This document shows positions 30,184 through 38,483 of a DNA stretch of 64,000 nucleotides, piece after piece. A program made the translations under genes and the position numbers. The notes beneath the pieces were generated by a model. That model worked only from the letters and a program-made list of their open reading frames with translations, had not been told where the DNA came from and did no database searches. The DNA is from Vicinamibacteria bacterium (GTDB lineage: Bacteria; Acidobacteriota; Vicinamibacteria; Marinacidobacterales; Marinacidobacteraceae), in assembly GCA_963668695.2 (NCBI GenBank), contig CAXXLQ010000004.1:992001-1056000 (forward strand). Direction: 5' to 3'. Position 1 is the first letter of the stretch. Each line of letters opens with the position of its first letter.

Positions 30184-30909
30184 GTGAAACCGCTTCGCAT
30201 CGCCGTTCTCGATACGGGAATCAATCCCTCGCACCGGCACGTGGGGCCCGTCGCGGGAGGCGTCCGCGTTTCGTGGAGCGAGGGAAGAGCGCGGTTGGCA
30301 GGCGGTCGCCCCGCCGACTGGACCGACGAAATCGGCCACGGCACCGCGGTGGCGGCAACCATTTCGGACGGCCTGCCGCGAGACGGCTTCGAGTTCTTGT
30401 CGGTGCGGGTCTTCGGACGCCGGACCGACGCTCCGCCCCAGTGCCTCGCCGCCGGGATTCGCTGGGCGGTAGACCAGGGCGCCGGAATGATCAATCTGAG
30501 CGCCGGCGTTGTGGTGGGCAGCGACCCGGAGGGTGAGGAGGCCCTCGAGGCCGCTTGGCAGGAAGCGGGCGAAGCGGGACTGACGCTGGTCGCTCCGAGA
30601 AGCCGGGACGGCACGCTTCTCGTGCCGGGGGTGCTGTCCCAATCGGCGGGATCGCTGGTAGTCGAAGCCGACGCCGGCTTCGACTACGGCCAACTGGGCC
30701 GGCGGGGGGAGGTTCTGATCGCCCCGCCCTGGGCGAGACCGCTACCGCCACTACCCCGAGAAAAGAACTTCTCCGGAGTGAGCCTCGCCGTCGCCGCGGT
30801 CACGAACCACGCGGCGCGCCTGCTGCTCGCCGGCCGGGTTCCGGCGGCGAGCACCCTGCGCGATTCGCTGCTGCGAATCGCGGACCCGGTGGCAGCGGAT
30901 CGCGATTGA
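30184..30909 (+). CDS. qhpE: Subtilisin-like protease, probable QhpC leader peptidase
   Basis: IAVLDTGI, DEIGHGTAVA, NFSGVSLAVA catalytic-triad motifs; short, with no propeptide. Confidence 0.85.
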   Translation: MKPLRIAVLDTGINPSHRHVGPVAGGVRVSWSEGRARLAGGRPADWTDEIGHGTAVAATISDGLPRDGFEFLSVRVFGRRTDAPPQCLAAGIRWAVDQGAGMINLSAGVVVGSDPEGEEALEAAWQEAGEAGLTLVAPRSRDGTLLVPGVLSQSAGSLVVEADAGFDYGQLGRRGEVLIAPPWARPLPPLPREKNFSGVSLAVAAVTNHAARLLLAGRVPAASTLRDSLLRIADPVAADRD

Positions 30910-30938
30910 CCCTTCCCGGGTGAACCCCGGAACGCGAG

Positions 30939-32489
30939 TCAGTCCCGAGCGAGTGCGCTCCGGATGATTTCGTGCACCCGGGTGTTCAACCCGATGCCGA
31001 GCACCCCGTCAGCGCCGGGCCCGAAACCGAGAAGCAGCACCGGTTCGGAAGTGTGTCCGCCGGTGGACCAGACCACCTGGGTGTGGTTCGCAAGCTTCCG
31101 CGCGGCGAGCGCCACCGGAATGGAAACGGGATCGAGGTAGAAGGCCGGGAAGTCGCGGGGGGCCAGCTCTTCCTCGTTGAGCTGGCCGGCGAGATCTTCG
31201 GCTTCTGCATCGGAAAGCCGGATTCCGGTGGCCTCCTCGATTACTGCGAGCACGGAATCCGCGGTGGCCGGCGAGGAGATCTCCGGCATCGCTTCGATCA
31301 GGGAGCGACGCTGGGCGGCGAGCATCTCCAGGTGGCGGGTTCCGGCCATTTCCGGCCCGGCCCGGTAGTCCCAGGACACTGCTTCCGGCAGCGGGCCCGG
31401 CCCTCCTCCGGCGTAGGTGAACGAGAACCCGCCAGTGCCGTGATCCGCGGTCACGAGAACCAGCGTGTCCTCGCGACCCCGGGCGAAATCGAACGCGGTG
31501 CCGATCGCTTCGTCGAAATCGAGGATCTCGGCGAGCAAGGCCCCGGCATCGTTGTCGTGCCCGGCATAGTCGATGCGGCCCCCTTCGACCACCAGGAAGA
31601 AGCCGGCTTCGTTCCCCTCGAGCGATGCGATCGCGGCTTCGGTCAATTCGGCAAGGGTCGGCACCGAGTCATCAAGTCCTTCCCAGGACCGGTCGAGCAC
31701 ATAGGGAAGATGACTCGCCGCGAAGATGCCCACGAGCCGCTCGGCTCCGCGAGCCGCCTCCAGCCCGGCGCGGTCTCCGACCACCGCGAAACCCCGCTCC
31801 CGCGCTTCAGCGATCAGGTTTCGATCGTCGCTCCGATTCGAAGGACCGTCGGTCCCCGCCGGCAACCCCGGGACGCTCTCGCCGAGAGTCGTTTCCGCGG
31901 GGATCATTGCCCGGCCGCCCCCGCCGAGCAGCACCTCGACCGGGGGCTCTCCAAAGAGCTGGTCGGCGATCTCCGCCTCGGGGACATACCGCGACTTCGC
32001 GTGGACGGCAAAGGCCGCCGGGGTGGCGTGCGTCAGACGCATGTTGGACACGAGGCCGGTGGCGAGGCCTCGCTCCTCAGCCCACTCCAGGATGGTGGGG
32101 ATTGGCTCGGCGCTTTCCGGGTCCACGCTGAGCGTCTCGGTGAGCACGCGCCGCCCGGTCGCCATCTGGGTGGCGGCGGCAGCGGAATCGGTGGTGATCC
32201 GCGCGTAGGAGAACGGAATCGAATAGCCCGCGCTCCCGGCCTCGGCCAGCTCGGACATTCGGAGCGGCCGGCCCCGCACCTCGGCGGCGTAGGCCATCCC
32301 CAGCGCCAACTGGTTCATTCCGAACCCGTCGCCGATGAACAGGATCACGTTCTTCGCCCGCGGGTTCTCCGGCGGCGCACAGCCCGAACCGGTGAGCCCA
32401 AGCGCGAGGAGCGCCAAAGGAAGGATCGCGGCGAAGGGCCGCCGCCCGTCTATTGGGGGCTCGTCAGGGCCGCGTAGTTTTCCTTGCAA
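30939..32489 (-). CDS. Alkaline phosphatase (lipoprotein); start uncertain
   Basis: NVILFIGDGFG, TDSAAAATQMATG, THATPAAF, EGGRIDYAGH, VTADHGTGG; GSGC lipobox. Confidence 0.9.
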   Translation of the reverse strand: MQGKLRGPDEPPIDGRRPFAAILPLALLALGLTGSGCAPPENPRAKNVILFIGDGFGMNQLALGMAYAAEVRGRPLRMSELAEAGSAGYSIPFSYARITTDSAAAATQMATGRRVLTETLSVDPESAEPIPTILEWAEERGLATGLVSNMRLTHATPAAFAVHAKSRYVPEAEIADQLFGEPPVEVLLGGGGRAMIPAETTLGESVPGLPAGTDGPSNRSDDRNLIAEARERGFAVVGDRAGLEAARGAERLVGIFAASHLPYVLDRSWEGLDDSVPTLAELTEAAIASLEGNEAGFFLVVEGGRIDYAGHDNDAGALLAEILDFDEAIGTAFDFARGREDTLVLVTADHGTGGFSFTYAGGGPGPLPEAVSWDYRAGPEMAGTRHLEMLAAQRRSLIEAMPEISSPATADSVLAVIEEATGIRLSDAEAEDLAGQLNEEELAPRDFPAFYLDPVSIPVALAARKLANHTQVVWSTGGHTSEPVLLLGFGPGADGVLGIGLNTRVHEIIRSALARD

Positions 32490-32992
32490 AACCGCTCCAA
32501 TTCCTTCGCCAGCTGGCTGGCGGCGTTGCGCAGGCTGGGCCCGTTTTCCCGCTCGTCCAGCCCGGTCAGGTTCCCCCGCGCCTCGCCCGCCAGCGCGACC
32601 GCGTCCACGTAGTGAAATTCGATGATCTCACTCCGCTCGACCAACTCCACCCGGCCGTTCATGATCAACCGTTCGAGCTTCGGCATCATCACCTGCGAGG
32701 TCCGGTAGTTGACGACGCGAAGCGTGATGTCCGCGCCGTCCGCGGATTCGGCGATTCGAAACCAGTCGCGGCGACCGCGGACGCGGTCTCGAACCTCCTC
32801 GCTCGCCTTCTCCAGCCCTTCCTTGAGCTCGGCGTCCTCGGGGTCGCTCGCGTGTACGAAAACGGAGAAGGGCTCGGGTGGGCGCCGCGGCGCCTGTTCG
32901 GTGGCGCCGGCCGCTGAAGCGGCGAACGCCATCAGGAGCAATAGCCCGGCGGGGGCCGCCGGTCGCGGATGTTGAAAGCGGTGGATGGTCAT
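32450..32992 (-). CDS. Secreted paralogue P1 of an unnamed tandem family
   Basis: Signal peptide; PPEPFSVFVH...TLRVVNYR...FHYVDA...GLDE...LRNAASQLAKELERFCKENY. Confidence 0.75.
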   Translation of the reverse strand: MTIHRFQHPRPAAPAGLLLLMAFAASAAGATEQAPRRPPEPFSVFVHASDPEDAELKEGLEKASEEVRDRVRGRRDWFRIAESADGADITLRVVNYRTSQVMMPKLERLIMNGRVELVERSEIIEFHYVDAVALAGEARGNLTGLDERENGPSLRNAASQLAKELERFCKENYAALTSPQ

Positions 32993-33114
32993 GATGCCTC
33001 CCCGTGGTGCGCGAAGCCGGAAGGAGGGGCTGCACGCCCCGGAATCATTGCACGGTGGAGCGGGGCACGATGCTCCGCGATGCCGGGCGAGAGTTTCCTT
33101 TCCGGGAACAGCCG

Positions 33115-33762
33115 TCAGTCGCGGCTTGGGGAGGTGTTCCGTGACCGGGGAGCGGCACCACCGTCCCCCGGTTCGTCCGGTCTCGTCTCAGTCCGGAGTT
33201 GCCTGAGCGGACCGTAGTTGTCCTTGCAGAACCGCTCCAACTCCTTCGCGAGCTGGCCGGCGGCGTTGCGCAGGCCGGATCCGCCGTTCCAATGCCCTTC
33301 GTCCAGCCCCGAGAGTTTCACGCTCACCCCGCCGCCCCAAACGACCGCATCCACGAAGTGGTACGCCCGGCCCCGGTTAACCCACACTCCCGGCATCGTG
33401 TCATTCCCGCGGTACGGGGGATACCGGACCCGCCCGGTCCGGTAGTTGACGATGCGAAGAGTGACGTCCGCCGTCTCGGCGGAGACGGCCAGGCGGAACC
33501 ATTTCCGCCGTCGCTCCACCCGTTCCCGAACCATCGGTATTGCTTCCTCGAGCTTCGCCTTCAGCGCCGCGTCGGCCGGATCGCTGGTGTGGACGAAAAC
33601 GCGAAATGGCTCGGGAGGGTGCCGGGGCGCCTTTTCCTGTCCGCCGGCCGACGGCGTCCCGGTCGCCAACAGGGCGAAAACGACGAGTGCCCCACCGGGC
33701 CGATTCCAAAGGCGGGGCTGTTTCCCGGCCACTGCCGTCGCGGAAACCGTGTTGGAACGCAA
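33115..33762 (-). CDS. Secreted paralogue P2 (start uncertain)
   Basis: Same scaffold motifs as P1; TTG start right after the P3 stop is inferred. Confidence 0.7.
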   Translation of the reverse strand: MRSNTVSATAVAGKQPRLWNRPGGALVVFALLATGTPSAGGQEKAPRHPPEPFRVFVHTSDPADAALKAKLEEAIPMVRERVERRRKWFRLAVSAETADVTLRIVNYRTGRVRYPPYRGNDTMPGVWVNRGRAYHFVDAVVWGGGVSVKLSGLDEGHWNGGSGLRNAAGQLAKELERFCKDNYGPLRQLRTETRPDEPGDGGAAPRSRNTSPSRD

Positions 33763-34494
33763 ATCAGTTTCCCGGTTGCATCGGCGGCGCCCCGCCATCT
33801 GCTCCTTCGCCAACCTCGGCCCCTGCCCGGAGCCGGCTGAGGGCGCCGTAGTTGTCCTTGCAGAACCGCTCCAGCTCCTCCGCGAGGTGGCTGGCCGCAT
33901 TCCGAAGGGCGGGGCCGATGCCCACAGGACGCTCATCCAGCCCCGAAAGCGTCGTCCTGACGTCCCCGCCCTGAACGATCGCATCCAGGAAGTGGTATTC
34001 CCGCCCTCGCTGCCCCGGGTCTCCCGGTATCCCCCAAGGCAGGGTCCTCCTGAGAATCCAGTGCTGCTCGGCCCGGTAGTTCACGATACGGAGGGTGATC
34101 TGCGCCGCTTCGGGCAATTCCGCCAGTCGGAACCATTTCCGCCGCCGCTCCACCCGCTCCCGCACCATCGGCACCGCTTCTTCCAGCTTTGCCTTCAAGG
34201 CGGCATCGGCCGGATCGCTGGTGTGGACGAAAACGCGAAATGGCTCGGGAGGGTGCCGGGGCGCCTTTTCCTGTCCGCCGGCCGACGGCGTCCCGGTCGC
34301 CAACAGGGCGAAAACGACGAGTGCCCCACCGGGCCGATTCCAAAGGCGGCGCTGTTTCCCGGCCACTGCCGTCGCGGAAACCGTGTTGGAACGCAAATCA
34401 GTTTCCCGGTTGCATCGGCGGCGCCCCGCCATCTGCTCCTTCGCCAACCTCGGCCCCTGCCCGGAGCCGGCTGAGGGCGCCGTAGTTGTCCTTG
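33573..34494. repeat. Near-identical ~288-bp direct repeat (33573-33860 vs 34207-34494, 634-bp offset)
   Basis: Read side by side, I found one mismatch (ggcggggctg vs ggcggcgctg). Confidence 0.85.
33764..34396 (-). CDS. Secreted paralogue P3 (start uncertain)
   Basis: Same scaffold motifs; N-terminus nearly identical to P2 and C-terminus identical to P4. Confidence 0.7.
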   Translation of the reverse strand: MRSNTVSATAVAGKQRRLWNRPGGALVVFALLATGTPSAGGQEKAPRHPPEPFRVFVHTSDPADAALKAKLEEAVPMVRERVERRRKWFRLAELPEAAQITLRIVNYRAEQHWILRRTLPWGIPGDPGQRGREYHFLDAIVQGGDVRTTLSGLDERPVGIGPALRNAASHLAEELERFCKDNYGALSRLRAGAEVGEGADGGAPPMQPGN

Positions 34495-34997
34495 GCGAAC
34501 CGCTCCAGCTCCTCCGCCAGATGACTCGCGGCGTTCCGAAGACCGGGTCCGGTGTCGACGCACCGATGGTCCAACCCCGACAGCCGCACCCTCAGGTCAC
34601 CGGCGAGGACGACCGCATCAACATAGTGGAATTCCGTGGCCCAGCAGTCGCCCATCGATTCGGTCCGGCCGCCTCGTACGCCTCCTTGTAGATCCCTTGG
34701 GTGCCCCTGCCGGTAGTTCGTAATCCGCAGCGTGATGTCGCCGGTCTCAGGGGAATCAGCCAACTGGAACCATCTCCCCCGCCGCTTCACCCGCTTCCGG
34801 ACCATCGGCAACGCCTCGTCAAGCCGCGCCTTCAACGCGGCATCGGCCGCTTCGATGGCGTGGACGAACACCCGAAACGGCTCCGGGGGGTTGCGGGGAG
34901 CTTTTTCCTGTCCCCCGGCAGCCACGGCAAACGCCGCGAGGGAGATCAGGGCGAGCGGCGCGCTCCGGGTCCGGTTGCCGGGTTTGCGAAGAGACAT
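34398..34997 (-). CDS. Secreted paralogue P4
   Basis: Signal peptide; PPEPFRVFVH...LRNAASHLAEELERFAKDNY. Confidence 0.75.
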   Translation of the reverse strand: MSLRKPGNRTRSAPLALISLAAFAVAAGGQEKAPRNPPEPFRVFVHAIEAADAALKARLDEALPMVRKRVKRRGRWFQLADSPETGDITLRITNYRQGHPRDLQGGVRGGRTESMGDCWATEFHYVDAVVLAGDLRVRLSGLDHRCVDTGPGLRNAASHLAEELERFAKDNYGALSRLRAGAEVGEGADGGAPPMQPGN

Positions 34998-35000
34998 GGC

Positions 35001-35543
35001 TCACCGGGACCCGGTGTAGCTTTCTTCCGCGAATGTTTCGAGCTGCCGGACGAAGTCCGTGGCGGCGGACCGGAAACTGCCCACTTCCGTCGCTCCGGCG
35101 CCCGAACCCTTCACCTGTTTGCGCTTGCCGTCCACCCGGACGATGGCGTCGAAAGAGAAGAAGTCGCGGCCGCGCGATTCGAAGACGCGGTTCGCGATGA
35201 ATCCGGCAGGACCGCCGACGTGTCTCAGCTCGCTGGTGGCGGCCTGCGCATCGAAGACCGTGACCCGGATGTTCGCCGCGTCTCTTGAGTCGGTGAGCCG
35301 GAACGAGGCCGGGTGCTCCTCGAGTCCCTCCGCAAGCGCGCCGACCGCGTTCTGGAGGTGCGCATCGAGTTGGGCGTCCGCCTCACCGGCATAGGAAACG
35401 AAGACCGAATACGGCTTCGGAGGAGAGTCGGGAAGACTCATGGGCCCCAGCGCTGCAATGGGCGAAGCAGCTACCAGGGCCAAGGCCGTCACCGCTGGAA
35501 GAAGGAGTGACGCTCGGGATGAGCGAGCAGCAGAATCCGGCAT
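35001..35543 (-). CDS. Secreted paralogue P5 (most diverged, first in the operon)
   Basis: PPKPYSVFV...FRL...FFSFDAIV...FRSAATDFVRQLETFAEESY; AGGAGG ribosome-binding site upstream. Confidence 0.7.
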   Translation of the reverse strand: MPDSAARSSRASLLLPAVTALALVAASPIAALGPMSLPDSPPKPYSVFVSYAGEADAQLDAHLQNAVGALAEGLEEHPASFRLTDSRDAANIRVTVFDAQAATSELRHVGGPAGFIANRVFESRGRDFFSFDAIVRVDGKRKQVKGSGAGATEVGSFRSAATDFVRQLETFAEESYTGSR

Positions 35544-35571
35544 GGCGACCTCCTGTTCCTAGCTCAAGGCA

Positions 35572-35587
35572 AGCAAGACTCGTGCTA
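35572..35587 (-). promoter_or_regulatory. Possible sigma-54 (-24/-12) promoter of the paralogue array
   Basis: TAGCACGAGTCTTGCT vs consensus TGGCACG-N4-TTGCW, with one mismatch in the conserved GG; about 30 nt upstream of the P5 ATG. Confidence 0.3.
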
Positions 35588-35653
35588 GGCGGGCACGTCC
35601 GGCGCGCGCAAAGTCGAACCTTCTTCGGCGGGGGACAACGCCCGCCGGGCCGG

Positions 35654-36958
35654 TCACCCGTCCACGGTGTTCGGGACGAAGCGATCGGCCGCCGGGGCGA
35701 ACGCCTCGACTTCCTCGCCGCCCTCGAAGGCGCCGACTACCGATTCCAGTAACGACGTCCTCACGACTTCCGCAGGATCCGGAAACAGTCGCTCCTCCAG
35801 GCGCGCGACCCGCCTGGGGTCCGAGCGGGTGCGGGGCGACCCGGCAATCAGGGCGCAGCAGTCTTTCGCGGGAATGGCGGAGATTTCCCAAGTCCCGATT
35901 TTTTGTGCCCGGTCCATGATCGCGAGCTTGTCGAACCCGACCAACGGGCGGAGGACGGGCAGGGAAACCGCGGCGTCGGCGCTGATCAGGTTTGCCAGTG
36001 TCTGTGACGCCACCTGCGAGAGACTGTCGCCCGTGGTGAGCGCCTCCGACCCGAACCTTCGGGCCACGGCTTCACCGCAGCGGAAGGCAAACCGCCGAAA
36101 CAGCACGGCCTCGTAGCCAGTCCGGCTGCCGGTGAGCCTCAGATCGAAGTGGGTGTACGGGACCAACACGAGTCGTGACCGGCCCGTGTAGCGCGAAAGG
36201 GCGCGGACCAGTTGGGCGGCCTTGCCCGCGGCGGGTGAGGACGGATCGGGGCGGGACGGCGTCAGATGGACGAAATCCAGCGATGCACCCCGGCCTGCCA
36301 TCATCCAGGCAGCCACCGGCGAATCGAAGCCGCCGGAGAGCATCGCGACCAGCCGGCCCGCAACCCCCACCGGAAGACCGCCGGGCCCCCGCACCCGATG
36401 CGTCCAGACGTAGATGGCTTCTTTGTGGGGCTCTACGAACACGGTGAGCGCCGGATTCGAGAGGTCGACCTGATCCCAGCCGGTGCGCTCCAGAATGGCG
36501 CTTCCTACCGATTCGGCAATCGCTAGCGACCGGATCGGGAAACCCGGGTCGCGGCGCCGCACCCGCACGGCAAAACCCGCCCCGGGCGCCGTTCGGCCCT
36601 CCTCCGCCAATCGGCAGCACAGCGTCGTCGTTGCTTCCAGAACACGTTCCACCGGGAGCGCTTCGCCGCCTCGAACGCGCGGAATCACGAAAGCCGGGAG
36701 CGCCAGCTCGACGCCGAAGACGGTGACGATCGCTTCGAGAGCCCGGTCCAATTCAGCGATTTCCGCGGGTGGAATCTCGATCCAGACGCGGTCGCCGGCC
36801 GAACTCGCCCGCCAACGGAGACCGATCCCGCGGAGCCGCTGGCCCAGGTTGCGTTTGAGCGCCTCCCGGAAGGAGGGGCGGTTCCGGCCCTTGATGCGGA
36901 TCTCCGGCGCGCGGATCAGAATCCTGCGGGGCGAATCGGAGCCGGGAATCGCAGCCAC
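35654..36958 (-). CDS. thiI: tRNA 4-thiouridine synthase (THUMP and PP-loop, no rhodanese domain); start uncertain
   Basis: EIRIKGRNR, GPGGLPVG, LSGGFDSPVAA, TGDSLSQVASQT, RPLVGFDK, DCC. Confidence 0.9.
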   Translation of the reverse strand: MAAIPGSDSPRRILIRAPEIRIKGRNRPSFREALKRNLGQRLRGIGLRWRASSAGDRVWIEIPPAEIAELDRALEAIVTVFGVELALPAFVIPRVRGGEALPVERVLEATTTLCCRLAEEGRTAPGAGFAVRVRRRDPGFPIRSLAIAESVGSAILERTGWDQVDLSNPALTVFVEPHKEAIYVWTHRVRGPGGLPVGVAGRLVAMLSGGFDSPVAAWMMAGRGASLDFVHLTPSRPDPSSPAAGKAAQLVRALSRYTGRSRLVLVPYTHFDLRLTGSRTGYEAVLFRRFAFRCGEAVARRFGSEALTTGDSLSQVASQTLANLISADAAVSLPVLRPLVGFDKLAIMDRAQKIGTWEISAIPAKDCCALIAGSPRTRSDPRRVARLEERLFPDPAEVVRTSLLESVVGAFEGGEEVEAFAPAADRFVPNTVDG

Positions 36959-37115
36959 CCCACCGGGGCGTTCAGCAGCTGCCCGAGCGCCCTCTGGGGC
37001 AAACGAAGTGAGAAGGCTGTCCTGCAAGGCTACGACCGGGGTCAATCTCGGATGCTCCGGCCGAAAAGCGATGGTACGCGGGCCGGGCCGGCAGACGCGG
37101 TGAAGGCGCATCGGG

Positions 37116-37192
<77 letters not shown>

Positions 37193-37211
37193 AACCCGAT
37201 ACGAACCACGC

Positions 37212-37287
37212 TGGTACGCCTGAGAGGATTCGAACCTCCGACTTCTTGCTCCGGAGGCAAGCGCTCTATCCCCTGAGCTACAGGCGC
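37212..37287 (-). tRNA. tRNA-Arg(CCG)
   Basis: GCGCCTGTAGCTCAGGGGATAGAGCGCTTGCCT-CCG-GAGCAAG...GGTTCGAATCC...ACCA. Confidence 0.95.
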
Positions 37288-37307
37288 TCCCAGCGGAACG
37301 CGGAAGG

Positions 37308-37494
37308 TTAACAGCCTGTGGTGAAACCCAGGCGGCGTTCGAGCGGCGATCCATCCCGCCTGAACCGCGCCGCTTTGCGGCGCTCTGCGTTGCGTTTCGG
37401 TCGAAATACACCCGGTATTCCTCCCTCACGCGCCTTGTCAGCCGGGCGCCTCACCGCTCTCGGCGCTCACCCGGGTTCCACCACAGGCTGTTAG
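37308..37494. mobile_element. MITE family A 'empty' copy (179 bp, no 18-mer inserts)
   Basis: TTAA-CAGCCTGTGGTGAAACCC ... GGGTTCCACCACAGGCTG-TTAG. Confidence 0.85.
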
Positions 37495-37520
37495 CAGTCC
37501 GAAGACAGAGTGGATCGCGG

Positions 37521-38483
37521 TCAGCTTCCAACGAGCCTCCGTAGGAGTTCCTGCTTCAGTTCGGGGTGAGGGGTATGGCACCAGGTGACGGGCCAACCCC
37601 GTTCCGCGCCGACGCGCACCAGCCACGGCTTTGTTTGGGTGGTATCCGAAGATGCGTCGGCAGGCCCCTCCCGGACGACGACCTGGGTCCGGTCGCACTC
37701 CAGAAGCTCCGGCGCCACCAGAAAGGAAACCGCGAAGGAATCGAACGGGTAGGTGGCGCGCTGTCCATAGTTCTCCCCGAACCAGTCGAGATAGTCCTCG
37801 ATCGGCTCGCGGAAGAAATCCCCGAAAGGGGTGTCCCACAGTTCGGCCCAGTCCTCCGCGGATATCGGCAACTTCGCCGCGAGTTCGAAGGGGGCCAGCA
37901 CCACCGGAGCGCCGCTTTGAAGCACCACCTCTGCCGCGTTCGGATCGAGTTCGAAGTTGAAATCGAGCAGGTTGGGGCCGCCTCCGGGAAAGGTCAGCGC
38001 CTCCCCGGCGCGCCGACCGATCACCAGGATGACGGTTTCGATGCGCTCCGCGAGATCCGGCCGTTCCCGAAGCGCGGCGGCAACGTTGGTCGCCGGGCCG
38101 AGGGCCAGCACGGTCAGCGGCTCTCGCTCGAGCGCCGCAATCAGCGCCCGGGATGCGGGGGTCGGATCGGGGGAAGGCCCGGCGCTCCCCTGATGAACCG
38201 CGAGCCCGGGCGGGGCGAAGCGCGCGACGATCTCCTTCGCGATGGGATACCCGCGTTCCACGGGCGCGTTTCCGAACACCACGCTCACCCCCGCCACTCG
38301 CAGCTCCGGCGAATGGAACGCCTGAACCATTGCCACCCCGTCATCCGGCTCGTGCCCGCCCGGCATGACCGCGGGGTCCACGTCGAGCCAGATCGCTCGG
38401 GGCGGTGGCGGGTGATCAGGGACACCCCCGCAGGCGGCGGCGAGCAACACCGCGGCCGGCAGCAAGGCGCGCGTGCCGCTCAA
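37521..38483 (-). CDS. Nucleoside hydrolase-like lipoprotein (IUNH family)
   Basis: LAAAC lipobox; WLDVDP...PDDG, VSVVFGN, ALGPATNVA, DFNFELDP; TTG start overlaps the upstream stop. Confidence 0.8.
   Translation of the reverse strand: MSGTRALLPAAVLLAAACGGVPDHPPPPRAIWLDVDPAVMPGGHEPDDGVAMVQAFHSPELRVAGVSVVFGNAPVERGYPIAKEIVARFAPPGLAVHQGSAGPSPDPTPASRALIAALEREPLTVLALGPATNVAAALRERPDLAERIETVILVIGRRAGEALTFPGGGPNLLDFNFELDPNAAEVVLQSGAPVVLAPFELAAKLPISAEDWAELWDTPFGDFFREPIEDYLDWFGENYGQRATYPFDSFAVSFLVAPELLECDRTQVVVREGPADASSDTTQTKPWLVRVGAERGWPVTWCHTPHPELKQELLRRLVGS

Noticed and set aside
32450-35543. Diversity-generating retroelement behind the paralogue variation
   Set aside because: No reverse transcriptase or template repeat in the window, and the differences are not adenine-specific.
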